A DNA stretch of 64,000 nucleotides from Spirochaetia bacterium. GTDB taxonomy: Bacteria > Spirochaetota > Spirochaetia > UBA9216. Positions 18,454-27,732 of this stretch are shown piece after piece. The number at the start of each line of letters is the position of its first letter. Position 1 is the stretch's first letter. The position numbers and the translations under genes are program-made. The DNA lies in the NCBI GenBank assembly GCA_963675665.1, contig OY776510.1:4032001-4096000 (forward strand). The letters run 5' to 3'. Under the pieces are notes generated by a model. The model was not told the origin of the DNA and ran no database searches. It saw only the letters and a list, made by a program, of their open reading frames with translations.

Positions 18454-19212
18454 TTGGTCAGGGTAATTTTAATAGGCTCAAACGGCAGAATGGGACAGGT
18501 ACTCACTTCTCTTATTGATGCAAGAGAAGGGATGGCAGTAACCGCCGGTATTGATCTAAATACAAAATCAGAAAACTATCCGGTTTTTAACAGCCTTCAG
18601 GACTTCAATGGTAAAGCAGATGTAATTATTGATTTCTCACACCCGGATACTATCAGTGGTTATCTACCGGAAGCCGTAAAAAGAAAACTCCCTGTTGTAA
18701 TTGCAACAACCGGTCTTTCAGATAAAATAATTACGATGATCAATGAAGCTTCAGAAAAGATCCCTGTATTCATATCAGCAAATATGTCTCTTGGAATCAA
18801 TCTTCTGCAGCAGCTTATAAGCAAAGCAGCCATGGTACTCGGAAATGAGTTCGAGGTTGAAATAGTTGAAAAACATCATAAAATGAAAAAGGATTCTCCG
18901 AGCGGAACAGCGTTAATGCTGGCTGACTCGATCAATAAAGTTAAAGGAAACAAGTTCAGAAAGGTTTGTGGACGCGAAGGCACTGATTGCCTTCGTCAGT
19001 CTGATGAGATTGGCATCCATGCGGTGCGCGGAGGCACAATAGTGGGGGAACATGATGTATATTTTACCGGTACCGACGAGGTCATTAAAATCGGGCATAT
19101 TGCATATTCCAGAAATGTGTTCGCAACAGGCGCTATAGCCGCCGCTGAGTTTTTATACAAATGCAAACCCGGCATCTATGACATGCAGGATCTTATCAGC
19201 AGCTCGGTCTGA
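18454..19212 (+). CDS. dapB: 4-hydroxy-tetrahydrodipicolinate reductase
   Basis: GSNGRMG, IDFS, ATTG, ANMSLG, EKHHKMKKDSPSGTA, RGG.IVGEH. Confidence 0.96.
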   Translation: MVRVILIGSNGRMGQVLTSLIDAREGMAVTAGIDLNTKSENYPVFNSLQDFNGKADVIIDFSHPDTISGYLPEAVKRKLPVVIATTGLSDKIITMINEASEKIPVFISANMSLGINLLQQLISKAAMVLGNEFEVEIVEKHHKMKKDSPSGTALMLADSINKVKGNKFRKVCGREGTDCLRQSDEIGIHAVRGGTIVGEHDVYFTGTDEVIKIGHIAYSRNVFATGAIAAAEFLYKCKPGIYDMQDLISSSV

Positions 19213-19240
19213 CCAAAACCGACTATTCAGGAGGAAATTA

Positions 19241-20119
19241 ATGAAACTTGAAGGTGTCTTTACAGCACTGGTAACCCCGTTCAATGATGAAGGGGCTGTC
19301 GATGAAAAATGTTTGCGCGATCTTGTGGATTTTCAGATAGCCAAAGGAATTTCAGGCCTTGTTCCGGTTGGGACCACCGGTGAAAGCCCGACTCTCAATC
19401 ACCAGGAACACGACAAGGTTATTGAGACTGTAATTGAACAGACAGATAAACGTGTTCCTGTAATAGCCGGTACAGGCTCCAATTCAACTGCAGAAGCTAT
19501 CAGACTTACCAAACACGCAAAAGAAGCGGGCGCGGATCTTAGTCTTCAGGTTGCCCCTTACTACAACAAACCGTCCCAGGAAGGTTTTTACAGGCATTTC
19601 ATGGCAATAGCTGATGCTATCGACATGCCCATGGTCGTTTACAATATCCCTGGACGAAGCGGCAAAAATATTGAGAACAGCACCATGCTGAAGCTTGCCG
19701 ATCACCCGAATATAGTTGCTGTCAAGGAAGCCAGCGGCAGCATCCCGCAGGTTATGGATCTCTGCCTGAAAAAACCCGATGATTTCACGATTTTGTCCGG
19801 CGACGATAATCTGGGACTGCCTATAATCGCCTGCGGAGGACGGGGAATTATCTCTGTTGCTTCAAACATCATACCTGAAGAAATGGAAGAACTTGTAAGA
19901 AGCGCCAATGCCGGAAATTTTGAAAAAGCCAGGGAAATGCATTATCAGCTTCTGCCCTTCTTCAAGGCTCTTTTCATAGATACAAACCCTGTGCCGGTTA
20001 AATACGGATGCTTTCTGAAAGGAATGATGAAAGAAGTATACAGGCTTCCGCTTTGCGGAATGAGTGATGAATATAAAAAAGATTTCGAAGAAATTATGAA
20101 GAAAACCGGACTTCTTTAG
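19241..20119 (+). CDS. dapA: 4-hydroxy-tetrahydrodipicolinate synthase
   Basis: TALVTPF, GTTGES, PYYNKP, YNIPGR, VKEASG, LSGDD; AGGAGG RBS before ATG 19241. Confidence 0.97.
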   Translation: MKLEGVFTALVTPFNDEGAVDEKCLRDLVDFQIAKGISGLVPVGTTGESPTLNHQEHDKVIETVIEQTDKRVPVIAGTGSNSTAEAIRLTKHAKEAGADLSLQVAPYYNKPSQEGFYRHFMAIADAIDMPMVVYNIPGRSGKNIENSTMLKLADHPNIVAVKEASGSIPQVMDLCLKKPDDFTILSGDDNLGLPIIACGGRGIISVASNIIPEEMEELVRSANAGNFEKAREMHYQLLPFFKALFIDTNPVPVKYGCFLKGMMKEVYRLPLCGMSDEYKKDFEEIMKKTGLL

Positions 20120-20133
20120 TCCTGATAATAAGT

Positions 20134-20169
20134 AAAAGGCCATCCTGTTTTACCGGATGGCCTTTTTTT
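20134..20169. terminator. bidirectional intrinsic terminator
   Basis: AAAAGGCCATCC...GGATGGCCTTTTTTT. Confidence 0.85.
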
Positions 20170-20183
20170 CAAATACTGATAAT

Positions 20184-21362
20184 CTACTGAATACTTTTCA
20201 ATGCGTTTTTCGCCATTCGCATTGTCTGGTTGCTCCAGTTCGAATATTCCACCATCATAAGCACGGCATTTGCATTGGGATTTCCGCTTGCCCCCAGAGC
20301 ATTTATGCATTCCCTGATTGTACGTTCATCCTTGTACTGAATTCCGTCGGCGCGCCTCTGGTTATGGTATTCCAGGTAGCTTGTCAGCACTTCTACCGCA
20401 CTGTCGCTAGAATAAGTGCCGAGCGCCTGCAGACATGTAATCTGTTCATTTACGGCTGTGCTTCTGTTAAGCATTAATCCGAGCCATTCTACAGCAGCCT
20501 CATCGGCAACAGAGAGATCCCGAATCATTTCACAGGCCTTCAGTCTTGACCGGTCCTGAAACTGGCGCTCCGTAGGGGTAGCAGCATTATATAAAAGACC
20601 GACTTCAATTGCGGCAATTGCCGCCTCAGTCATCCTGGTGGCGTCTGCACGGCTGCGCTCCTCCACCCCCAGGGCTGCAAACCTGACTTCAAACGTATTA
20701 TCAGCCCTGATAATGTCAAGGATAAGATCTGTTGGATCTTCTATCATATTAGTTAGCGAACGTTCAGCCTTTTTAATACTTTCACGCGAGTATCTGCCTA
20801 TCGATGCAAAAAAGACCGGTTCAAAGCCGACGGGATGTTTCAACCGTTCAAGGGCGAAAACACAGGCGTCAACAACGGATTCGCGCTGTTCATTGTTCTC
20901 AATCCTGATAATATCCGAGTTTATGTAACGCAGATGCTCAGCTATCTCGGCTGCGTAGTCCCGGGCCCCGGCGGAACCGAGGCTTGTAATCGCTGTTGCC
21001 CTGAGAAACTCATCCTCAGTATCCTGCATAACCTTGAACATTTCCGGCGCGGCATCGACAGCTTTCAGGCTGCCCAGTTCGAATATCATAATTCTGCATA
21101 AATCATCATACAGCTTCTGTTCATTAAAAGTTCTTGATTCGTCCCGTGAATATACAATTTCCTTAAGGGCTTCCGTTATTACCGGCACCATATCGCGATC
21201 ATGCAGATTAACCATATTCTGCATTACGTCTATCCTGGCATCCAGATCGTATGTAGTATTATAAATTCGTGACCATACTGCCGCCGTTTCATTACCGAAT
21301 GCCGGCAATACCGAAAAAACAAGAACTGTTCCGAATGCAATTAATGCAAACTTCTTCTTCAT
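20184..21362 (-). CDS. exported HEAT/ARM-repeat protein
   Basis: Signal peptide; repeated LRATAITSLG / CLQALG / CINALG helices. Confidence 0.8.
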   Translation of the reverse strand: MKKKFALIAFGTVLVFSVLPAFGNETAAVWSRIYNTTYDLDARIDVMQNMVNLHDRDMVPVITEALKEIVYSRDESRTFNEQKLYDDLCRIMIFELGSLKAVDAAPEMFKVMQDTEDEFLRATAITSLGSAGARDYAAEIAEHLRYINSDIIRIENNEQRESVVDACVFALERLKHPVGFEPVFFASIGRYSRESIKKAERSLTNMIEDPTDLILDIIRADNTFEVRFAALGVEERSRADATRMTEAAIAAIEVGLLYNAATPTERQFQDRSRLKACEMIRDLSVADEAAVEWLGLMLNRSTAVNEQITCLQALGTYSSDSAVEVLTSYLEYHNQRRADGIQYKDERTIRECINALGASGNPNANAVLMMVEYSNWSNQTMRMAKNALKSIQ

Positions 21363-21371
21363 CCTGACTCC

Positions 21372-22265
21372 CTATTCCCACACAATAATTTCTTCCGAAA
21401 TATATTCATACTCAGTTTCAGTCCAGTCTTTAAGATCGCCGTTCCCGTCGAAGTATTCAGCCTTTACGGGAGAACCGTACTCATCATTTACATATTTGAC
21501 TGTCCGTGACACTGAACCGTTTGCCCTGAGAGCTTTTTCGACTGCAAGGTTTCCGTCGTTATAAACATACTCAACAGCGTCGACAAGTTTCTCATTCTGA
21601 TAATGGTTTTTTCTGACAGGCATATTACCGGAATAATCAATCCCGAAATACTCAACAAGGTTCGCTCCGGCATCATATATTTCAATTCTGATGTTAAGTC
21701 CGTCTTTATAGATGTATTTTGTATCGGAAAGCACAACGCCGTCGCTGTCTGCAACACTCCAGTTCAATTTATTACCATGCTCATCGTATGAATATTTTGA
21801 CAGGCTCTGCAATTGTCCTTCCGAATTAAATGATTCGCTTTTCTCAACAAAACCCGCCGAATTACAGGTAAGGATTTTCCACGACTGTATTTCGCCTCTT
21901 GCGTTAAATAAACTTCGTTTTGTCACATTATCAGAAATTTTTTCATAGACAACAGATTCAATAATCTCATCAAACGAATCAAACATGTCTTCTCTGGCAG
22001 GATTCATATCATCATTGAAAGTAAAAACCTTGTAATTCTCAATATACCCGTCGTTATAATATTCCGTTTCCTTGACAACATACGGGGTATTAACCAGCTT
22101 CCTGATCTGTACTTTTTCTTCAATCTTGGCTTCTTCTTTTACAGTATGATCAGCTGCTTTTGGCTCCTCGACCTTTTTCTTTTCCAAATCTGCTTCTGAA
22201 GTGGTTACGCATCCTGTAAAAACAAGCATACCTGTCACAATCAAGGCAGTAATAATATTTCTCAT
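21372..22265 (-). CDS. lipoprotein with YD-like beta-hairpin repeats
   Basis: Lipobox FTGC; repeats Y.YD..GN, Y..DG.L. Confidence 0.75.
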   Translation of the reverse strand: MRNIITALIVTGMLVFTGCVTTSEADLEKKKVEEPKAADHTVKEEAKIEEKVQIRKLVNTPYVVKETEYYNDGYIENYKVFTFNDDMNPAREDMFDSFDEIIESVVYEKISDNVTKRSLFNARGEIQSWKILTCNSAGFVEKSESFNSEGQLQSLSKYSYDEHGNKLNWSVADSDGVVLSDTKYIYKDGLNIRIEIYDAGANLVEYFGIDYSGNMPVRKNHYQNEKLVDAVEYVYNDGNLAVEKALRANGSVSRTVKYVNDEYGSPVKAEYFDGNGDLKDWTETEYEYISEEIIVWE

Positions 22266-22349
22266 CTTCTGTTTCTCCTAAACATTTTTATTCAGAGTTT
22301 GATTTAAATTATAAGTATATGTTGTTCATTAGTCAAAACGGTTCAGGGA

Positions 22350-23219
22350 TTATTTTAAAGTTTCGGCTACAAGTCGGCTTAAATATTCTATCTGCTCGAC
22401 TGTCATTTCTTCAGCCCTGATATCCGGAGAAATTCCAGCCTGAACAACAGCTGTCAGCAAGGCATCCTTTCCAAGCCGGGCGCCGATTCGTCCCGAAGCC
22501 AGATTATTTGATATCTTTTTCCGCCTGGCATGAAAAAGATCTTCTATCAGCTGATAAAATACTTCCGGATTCCCGGGATTAAATCTGCCGTGAGGTCTCA
22601 ACTCAACGACTGCTGATTGAACTGCAGGCCTGGGATAGAACGACCCGGGTTTTAAATCACCATGCTGGATAATATCGTATTTGGACTGACATACAAGCGA
22701 GAAACTGGAATACTCTTTTCCACCCGGTTTCGCCGCCATTCTCTGTCCGACTTCTTTTTGAAGAGTAAAAGCCATACCCTTAGGTTGCAGAGACGATTTT
22801 ATTATCTCAGCTATCATTACAGAACCCGTAATATAGGGGAGATTTCCAAGGATATAATCGGGAGATGCAACTTCACCGGTTCCGATTTTTTTCAGGCTTT
22901 TAAGAAAATCCCCTTCGATCAGCTGAAAATTCTCCATGCGGCCGTAAAAGCCTTCGAGGCATTCGATAAATCCATGATCAATTTCAAAAACCGTAACATC
23001 AGCATCAAGTTCAAGCAGATGCCAGGTCAGGGCCCCGAGCCCCGGGCCTATTTCCCATACTCTCCGGCCTTTTTTTATCTGTAAACAGTCGATTATCTTT
23101 TCCCTGCCTCCCCGGTTTACAAGAAAATTCTGCCCGAACCTTTTTTTCATGCTGAAGTTTTTTGATTCTAAAAACTCTTTCAAATCAGCAGGCGAGTCAT
23201 AATTTACCGGATAGTCCAT
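22350..23219 (-). CDS. rsmA: 16S rRNA m6,2A dimethyltransferase
   Basis: KKRFGQNFL, EIGPGLGALT, GNLPY, F..RRK. Confidence 0.96.
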   Translation of the reverse strand: MDYPVNYDSPADLKEFLESKNFSMKKRFGQNFLVNRGGREKIIDCLQIKKGRRVWEIGPGLGALTWHLLELDADVTVFEIDHGFIECLEGFYGRMENFQLIEGDFLKSLKKIGTGEVASPDYILGNLPYITGSVMIAEIIKSSLQPKGMAFTLQKEVGQRMAAKPGGKEYSSFSLVCQSKYDIIQHGDLKPGSFYPRPAVQSAVVELRPHGRFNPGNPEVFYQLIEDLFHARRKKISNNLASGRIGARLGKDALLTAVVQAGISPDIRAEEMTVEQIEYLSRLVAETLK

Positions 23220-24627
23220 CCATTTTTCTCCTGTATATACTGTAGACAACAAGCACCAGAACAACAATAGCACACAGCAGGATTACTTTTCGGCCCTGGG
23301 TCGCTGCTGATACGCACGGAAAGCCGGCGGCTTTCTCAGCCGCGACAATCACAGCCTTATAAAGAAACTGCGCTGCCGTCGAAAAGACTGCCAACCCCGT
23401 TGCCAGATACAGTATACCGATCCATATGAAAACAGTCACTATCGGCGCGATAACAATTCCTGCGGCAATTCCGACAGGATACAATTCTCCGAATACCGTT
23501 AACAGCAGCGGTGTTACAAACAGCTGGGCTCCGATTGAACATGATAATGCCGCACAAAGCACAGAAGGCAACCAGGGGCACAACATTCTGTATATTATCG
23601 GCGAAGCGATAATTATACCGCCTACGGCAAGAAATGAAAGCTGAAACGATACGGTATAAAACGATTCCGGCTGAAAAATTACAAGCGTAATAAATGAAAG
23701 CAAAAGAATATCAAGGGCCCTGAATTTTCTGTAGAAAACAGTTGCCAATCCGCAGTAGAGATACATGACTGCGGCCCTGACAAGCGATACTCCGAAACCG
23801 GTCAAAAACAAATATCCGGATATTACAATACAGCTTATTATGAAGGCCGGTACTTTTCCCGGAAGAGGTTTTAGAAGAAGAAGCAGAATCGCTGACAGTA
23901 TACCAAGATGCATTCCCGACAGCGCAAGAATATGCGAACAGCCTGCCTTGCGGAAAATCCCGGCAGAATGGCCGGAGAGTCCGTCCCTGTTCCCGGTAAA
24001 AAGCGCAGCAAACAAGCCGCCAGCTTCCTCGCCAAGATCTTCACATCGGAAGTTTATACTTTCCAGTATTGAAGCCCTTATTCTGAATGATGCTGAACTC
24101 CAGCCCTTTTTTAAAAGGCTGCCTTCTGACGGGTACGAGATAAAGACCGCCGGGTCTTTTATCAGCGACAAAGATCCTGCTTTTTGAGTTTCATATAGCT
24201 CAGAAGTGTTTCCCGGAATCAACAGAGCCGCTTCAACTTCAAGGATTCTTCCCATGCCGACATTCGGATCCTCATTGAAAAACAGCATAACCTTACCGCC
24301 GGCTGAGGCTTCGCCGCCCCTGTCGTTACAGACGCTGCTCAACTCCATTTCCAGCAGGAAATTACCCGTGGAAAGCTTTCGACTGTCCGAAGCAGCCATG
24401 CCCTTCAAGACGGCGGCATTTCCCGCAGGTATACCGGCCCATGCCGGAGTTGCGTTCAGATTGAAACTTATACTGATTAATAACCCTGCGCCTGCAGCGA
24501 CCAGGAAAGCAGCCGGCAAAAGCCTATGCTTCAATACCGCAGCAAAAGCAGAAAGAGAAAGAATAATCCCGCAGAACAGCGGAACATAAAAGCGTATCCC
24601 GCTATTTAGATTTTCTATAAGCACCAT
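23197..24627 (-). CDS. comEC: ComEC/Rec2 competence membrane protein
   Basis: HILALSGMHL, SLVRAAVM, SFQLSFLA motifs; no C-terminal beta-lactamase domain. Confidence 0.9.
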   Translation of the reverse strand: MVLIENLNSGIRFYVPLFCGIILSLSAFAAVLKHRLLPAAFLVAAGAGLLISISFNLNATPAWAGIPAGNAAVLKGMAASDSRKLSTGNFLLEMELSSVCNDRGGEASAGGKVMLFFNEDPNVGMGRILEVEAALLIPGNTSELYETQKAGSLSLIKDPAVFISYPSEGSLLKKGWSSASFRIRASILESINFRCEDLGEEAGGLFAALFTGNRDGLSGHSAGIFRKAGCSHILALSGMHLGILSAILLLLLKPLPGKVPAFIISCIVISGYLFLTGFGVSLVRAAVMYLYCGLATVFYRKFRALDILLLSFITLVIFQPESFYTVSFQLSFLAVGGIIIASPIIYRMLCPWLPSVLCAALSCSIGAQLFVTPLLLTVFGELYPVGIAAGIVIAPIVTVFIWIGILYLATGLAVFSTAAQFLYKAVIVAAEKAAGFPCVSAATQGRKVILLCAIVVLVLVVYSIYRRKMDGLSGKL

Positions 24628-24697
24628 TCGTATCAGTAAAGAAGAAGAAAGACCATAAATGAAAGGATTACCGGAAATTTTTAAAATAAAACCATTT

Positions 24698-25894
24698 TTA
24701 ATTGTTTTTAAGATTTTTCAGAGCCTCCCTTGCCGCCCTCTGCACGGTACCGGAATAATTCAGATATCCGGTATACAGCAGATAATCGAAAGCAGTATTG
24801 TCCCCGAGTTCTCCGAGGTTTCTGATTACACTCAAAATAATCTGTTCGTTAACAAAATCGCCGTTCTCCGTATAGGAATTGAGAACTTCCAGATACAGCG
24901 TTAGCCTGACGGCAGCATCATGAGTACCCGAATTCCCCAGCGCATCAATTGCTTCTACAAGATTAACCTCACGGCACAATCCCTGTTCAAGCTCAAAAAC
25001 CGTACTGTCGAAATGTTTAACAAGATTATCCGTTACACCCGCCCAGTTTAGCGCCGTAATCTGACGGACAGCCTCATACCTCAGTTCACGCAGAACCGAT
25101 TCTTCCGCCTGGACTTCAGGCTCGGAATACAAACCAATATCAAGGGCTACCAGGGCTATGGCGGCTTTATCATCACGAGACAGATTCTCCTGGCCGTAGG
25201 CTGCCTTTAACGCCGCTATTTTTTCTTCCGGTATGCTGGAACGGATTACCTGAATAATATGATCGGTAAAATAACCGTCTATCTTTCCCAGAGCTTCGGC
25301 GGCGCTGTCATTAACTATCTGTTCGTAACCTATAGTACCTGTAGTAAATACGATAGGAAATGATGTAGGGTCTCCCAGTTTCCCAAGGGTTGCTACAATT
25401 TCGGCTACAAGTTTATTATCCGGTTTTTTACCTGACTTAAATTCGTTATTATAATCGCGCAGCCAGGCATTAATACCGTATATAATCTCCGGTGTGCCCG
25501 TTGCCGTATCTCCGAGGGCGTTCATGATTTCAACCCTGATTTGGGAATCGTCTATAAGGTTGAAGAACTGCCAGAGGTTCTCTGCAGATTCTTTAACGGA
25601 ATTCGTTCCCAAAAGCCTTACTGTAAAATTAATCAGATCCCGCCCGATAGTATCACCCTGAAGCATCCACGAATTACTGATTATAAAATCGAGAGAAAGC
25701 AGATAAAGAGGAGACATGTCTGCATCCTCGTATTCAAGCGAGTCCTGCAGGACACGAACCTTTGTTGCAAGACTTCCCCTGGTAAAATTTTTCCTGAAAG
25801 CTTCAACCACTTCGGGATTATCAGCACTGAAAAGCGGAACTGATAATATGCAGATAAGTATAATGCCGATAATAACAGTTGAAAATTTCCTCAT
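24698..25894 (-). CDS. exported HEAT-repeat protein (paralogue of 20184-21362)
   Basis: Signal peptide; IRVEIMNALG, AAEALG, AIDALG, IRNLGELG repeats. Confidence 0.8.
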   Translation of the reverse strand: MRKFSTVIIGIILICILSVPLFSADNPEVVEAFRKNFTRGSLATKVRVLQDSLEYEDADMSPLYLLSLDFIISNSWMLQGDTIGRDLINFTVRLLGTNSVKESAENLWQFFNLIDDSQIRVEIMNALGDTATGTPEIIYGINAWLRDYNNEFKSGKKPDNKLVAEIVATLGKLGDPTSFPIVFTTGTIGYEQIVNDSAAEALGKIDGYFTDHIIQVIRSSIPEEKIAALKAAYGQENLSRDDKAAIALVALDIGLYSEPEVQAEESVLRELRYEAVRQITALNWAGVTDNLVKHFDSTVFELEQGLCREVNLVEAIDALGNSGTHDAAVRLTLYLEVLNSYTENGDFVNEQIILSVIRNLGELGDNTAFDYLLYTGYLNYSGTVQRAAREALKNLKNN

Positions 25895-25903
25895 TAAATA
25901 TCC

Positions 25904-26938
25904 TTAATAATTCGAAACCCTGCTGCGACCTTTCTTCGGTTCGCGTTCTCCGAATATATTGTAAACATAAGACAGAAGCTGATTGCGGATAACAGGATTC
26001 AGCGGGGCAGCCTGAAGATGCAGAATTGACTGATTTTTCTTCGGATTAAAGTTTACACCCCGCACCGTACCAATCATTCGAATTTTATACGGCGGAAGAT
26101 TATACTGCAGTTTTACGGTAATACCTACCTTGGCTTTTCCTCCGATCATCAGCGCTGCGCCGCCTTCCGAAACATCAATCAAACGGCAGCGGAGCCCTGC
26201 CGTCTTTTCCTCCGAATCATTACTTTCAGTGATGTTTTTCAGTAAATAGAGCTGCGCCGGCCGGTTTACATCAATTCTGACCGACGAACGTTTCTGGCTC
26301 CGCACCAGATTATCGGAATGGGATATATGCAGAATTGCATAATTTTTTTCCGAATAATCCTGAAGGACGGTTGAATCAAAAACATAACCCGCATCATCAC
26401 CTCTCCAGAAAAATACATTAATATCCTGCCCTTTCCAGTCAAACCCTTCAGGGAGAACCGGACCTTCCGGATATGAAATTGCTATGTATTTTCTGAGATT
26501 TTCAACAACACTGGCCATATAGGTTCCCGCACCGGGAAGATTAATCTTGATCTTCTGATGGGTTGCAATTTTTCGGCTGGTTTTAAGACCCAGCTTGTAT
26601 TTGGGAAGATTCAATTCAACCCTGCGTCTGAAATCAAAAAGTTTTCCTATAAAATTTACATTTGTTTCTTCAGCATAGACGCCTTCATTACGAAACTTTG
26701 TTATGGTTCCCCTAATCGAACGATCAAGCTGCTTTATCGACCAGAACAGCGAAGTAGGATTCTCAAGACGGTTTTCAACAGCCACCTTCCGAAGTAGATG
26801 ACATTCGCGCATACTGAACCCGGATTCCCTGCCCTTGGCATAGAACTGGACCCATGGGAAATTACCTCCGCCCATCCTTCTGAGTGCAATTATGAGTACA
26901 AGGAACAGAATAAAAATTATACCAAGAATAATCCACAT
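25904..26938 (-). CDS. membrane-anchored YcgR/PilZ c-di-GMP receptor
   Basis: N-terminal TM helix; intact QKRSSVR (RxxxR) and DVSEGG (DxSxxG). Confidence 0.88.
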   Translation of the reverse strand: MWIILGIIFILFLVLIIALRRMGGGNFPWVQFYAKGRESGFSMRECHLLRKVAVENRLENPTSLFWSIKQLDRSIRGTITKFRNEGVYAEETNVNFIGKLFDFRRRVELNLPKYKLGLKTSRKIATHQKIKINLPGAGTYMASVVENLRKYIAISYPEGPVLPEGFDWKGQDINVFFWRGDDAGYVFDSTVLQDYSEKNYAILHISHSDNLVRSQKRSSVRIDVNRPAQLYLLKNITESNDSEEKTAGLRCRLIDVSEGGAALMIGGKAKVGITVKLQYNLPPYKIRMIGTVRGVNFNPKKNQSILHLQAAPLNPVIRNQLLSYVYNIFGEREPKKGRSRVSNY

Positions 26939-27024
26939 AATATTAGTATCGATCTTTCACCTTATTAACTGTAACTATCTGTTTTTTCTTGCAATTAGCA
27001 AAAATATTAGTAATATTCTACTGT

Positions 27025-27732
27025 GTGAATGATTTTTTTTCCAGTAGAAAGAATAAAAAAATTGATCTTGCAGTTTTAGAGCCGATTCTGCTGTTTTCCG
27101 CCTTTTTTCTTCCGGGCTATATCTCTCAGGGCATTCAGGAAACCGTCCCGGATATGTTCGAAAGCGCTTTTTTTAATTTTTACTACCTTTTCTCAGTAAT
27201 TCCGCAAATTCTACTGACAATGTATATCATTGTTTTAAAACCGGGAAGAAAACTTTCCGATTTTGACATCGGCCCGGCATCAGCGCATGACCTCTGGAAA
27301 GCGTTGCTTACGGTAGCAGGAATATATCTCTGTATTCTGCCTGTAGGATTTGCAGCTGTAACACTTGTTCCGGAACTAGACAATCCCGTTGTATACGGGG
27401 CAGGCTGGAAATTCTCAAACATGAAACTCGTCCCGCTGGTTCTGCTTTCATGCATGGCAACCGGATACTCTGAAGAATTGTTTTTCAGATCTTATCTTTA
27501 CAAAACTCTTCGCCGTGCCGGAACAGGAACGGTTACAGCCGTAATAATAACAACCCTGCTCTTCGGTACCGGGCACATCTACGAAGGCTACTATGCCTTT
27601 GCTGCAACATCGGTCATCGGGGCATTTCTGTCGTTTGTTTTTATAAAAACGAAATCCATTCATACAATCGCAATCGGCCATGGCCTTTATAATTTTTCAG
27701 TACTAATGTTAAGCATGACGGAGGAATTATGA
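27025..27732 (+). CDS. CPBP/Abi (CAAX-type) intramembrane protease
   Basis: EELFFR, F...H, H...N motifs; start codon uncertain (26989 or 27025). Confidence 0.88.
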   Translation: MNDFFSSRKNKKIDLAVLEPILLFSAFFLPGYISQGIQETVPDMFESAFFNFYYLFSVIPQILLTMYIIVLKPGRKLSDFDIGPASAHDLWKALLTVAGIYLCILPVGFAAVTLVPELDNPVVYGAGWKFSNMKLVPLVLLSCMATGYSEELFFRSYLYKTLRRAGTGTVTAVIITTLLFGTGHIYEGYYAFAATSVIGAFLSFVFIKTKSIHTIAIGHGLYNFSVLMLSMTEEL

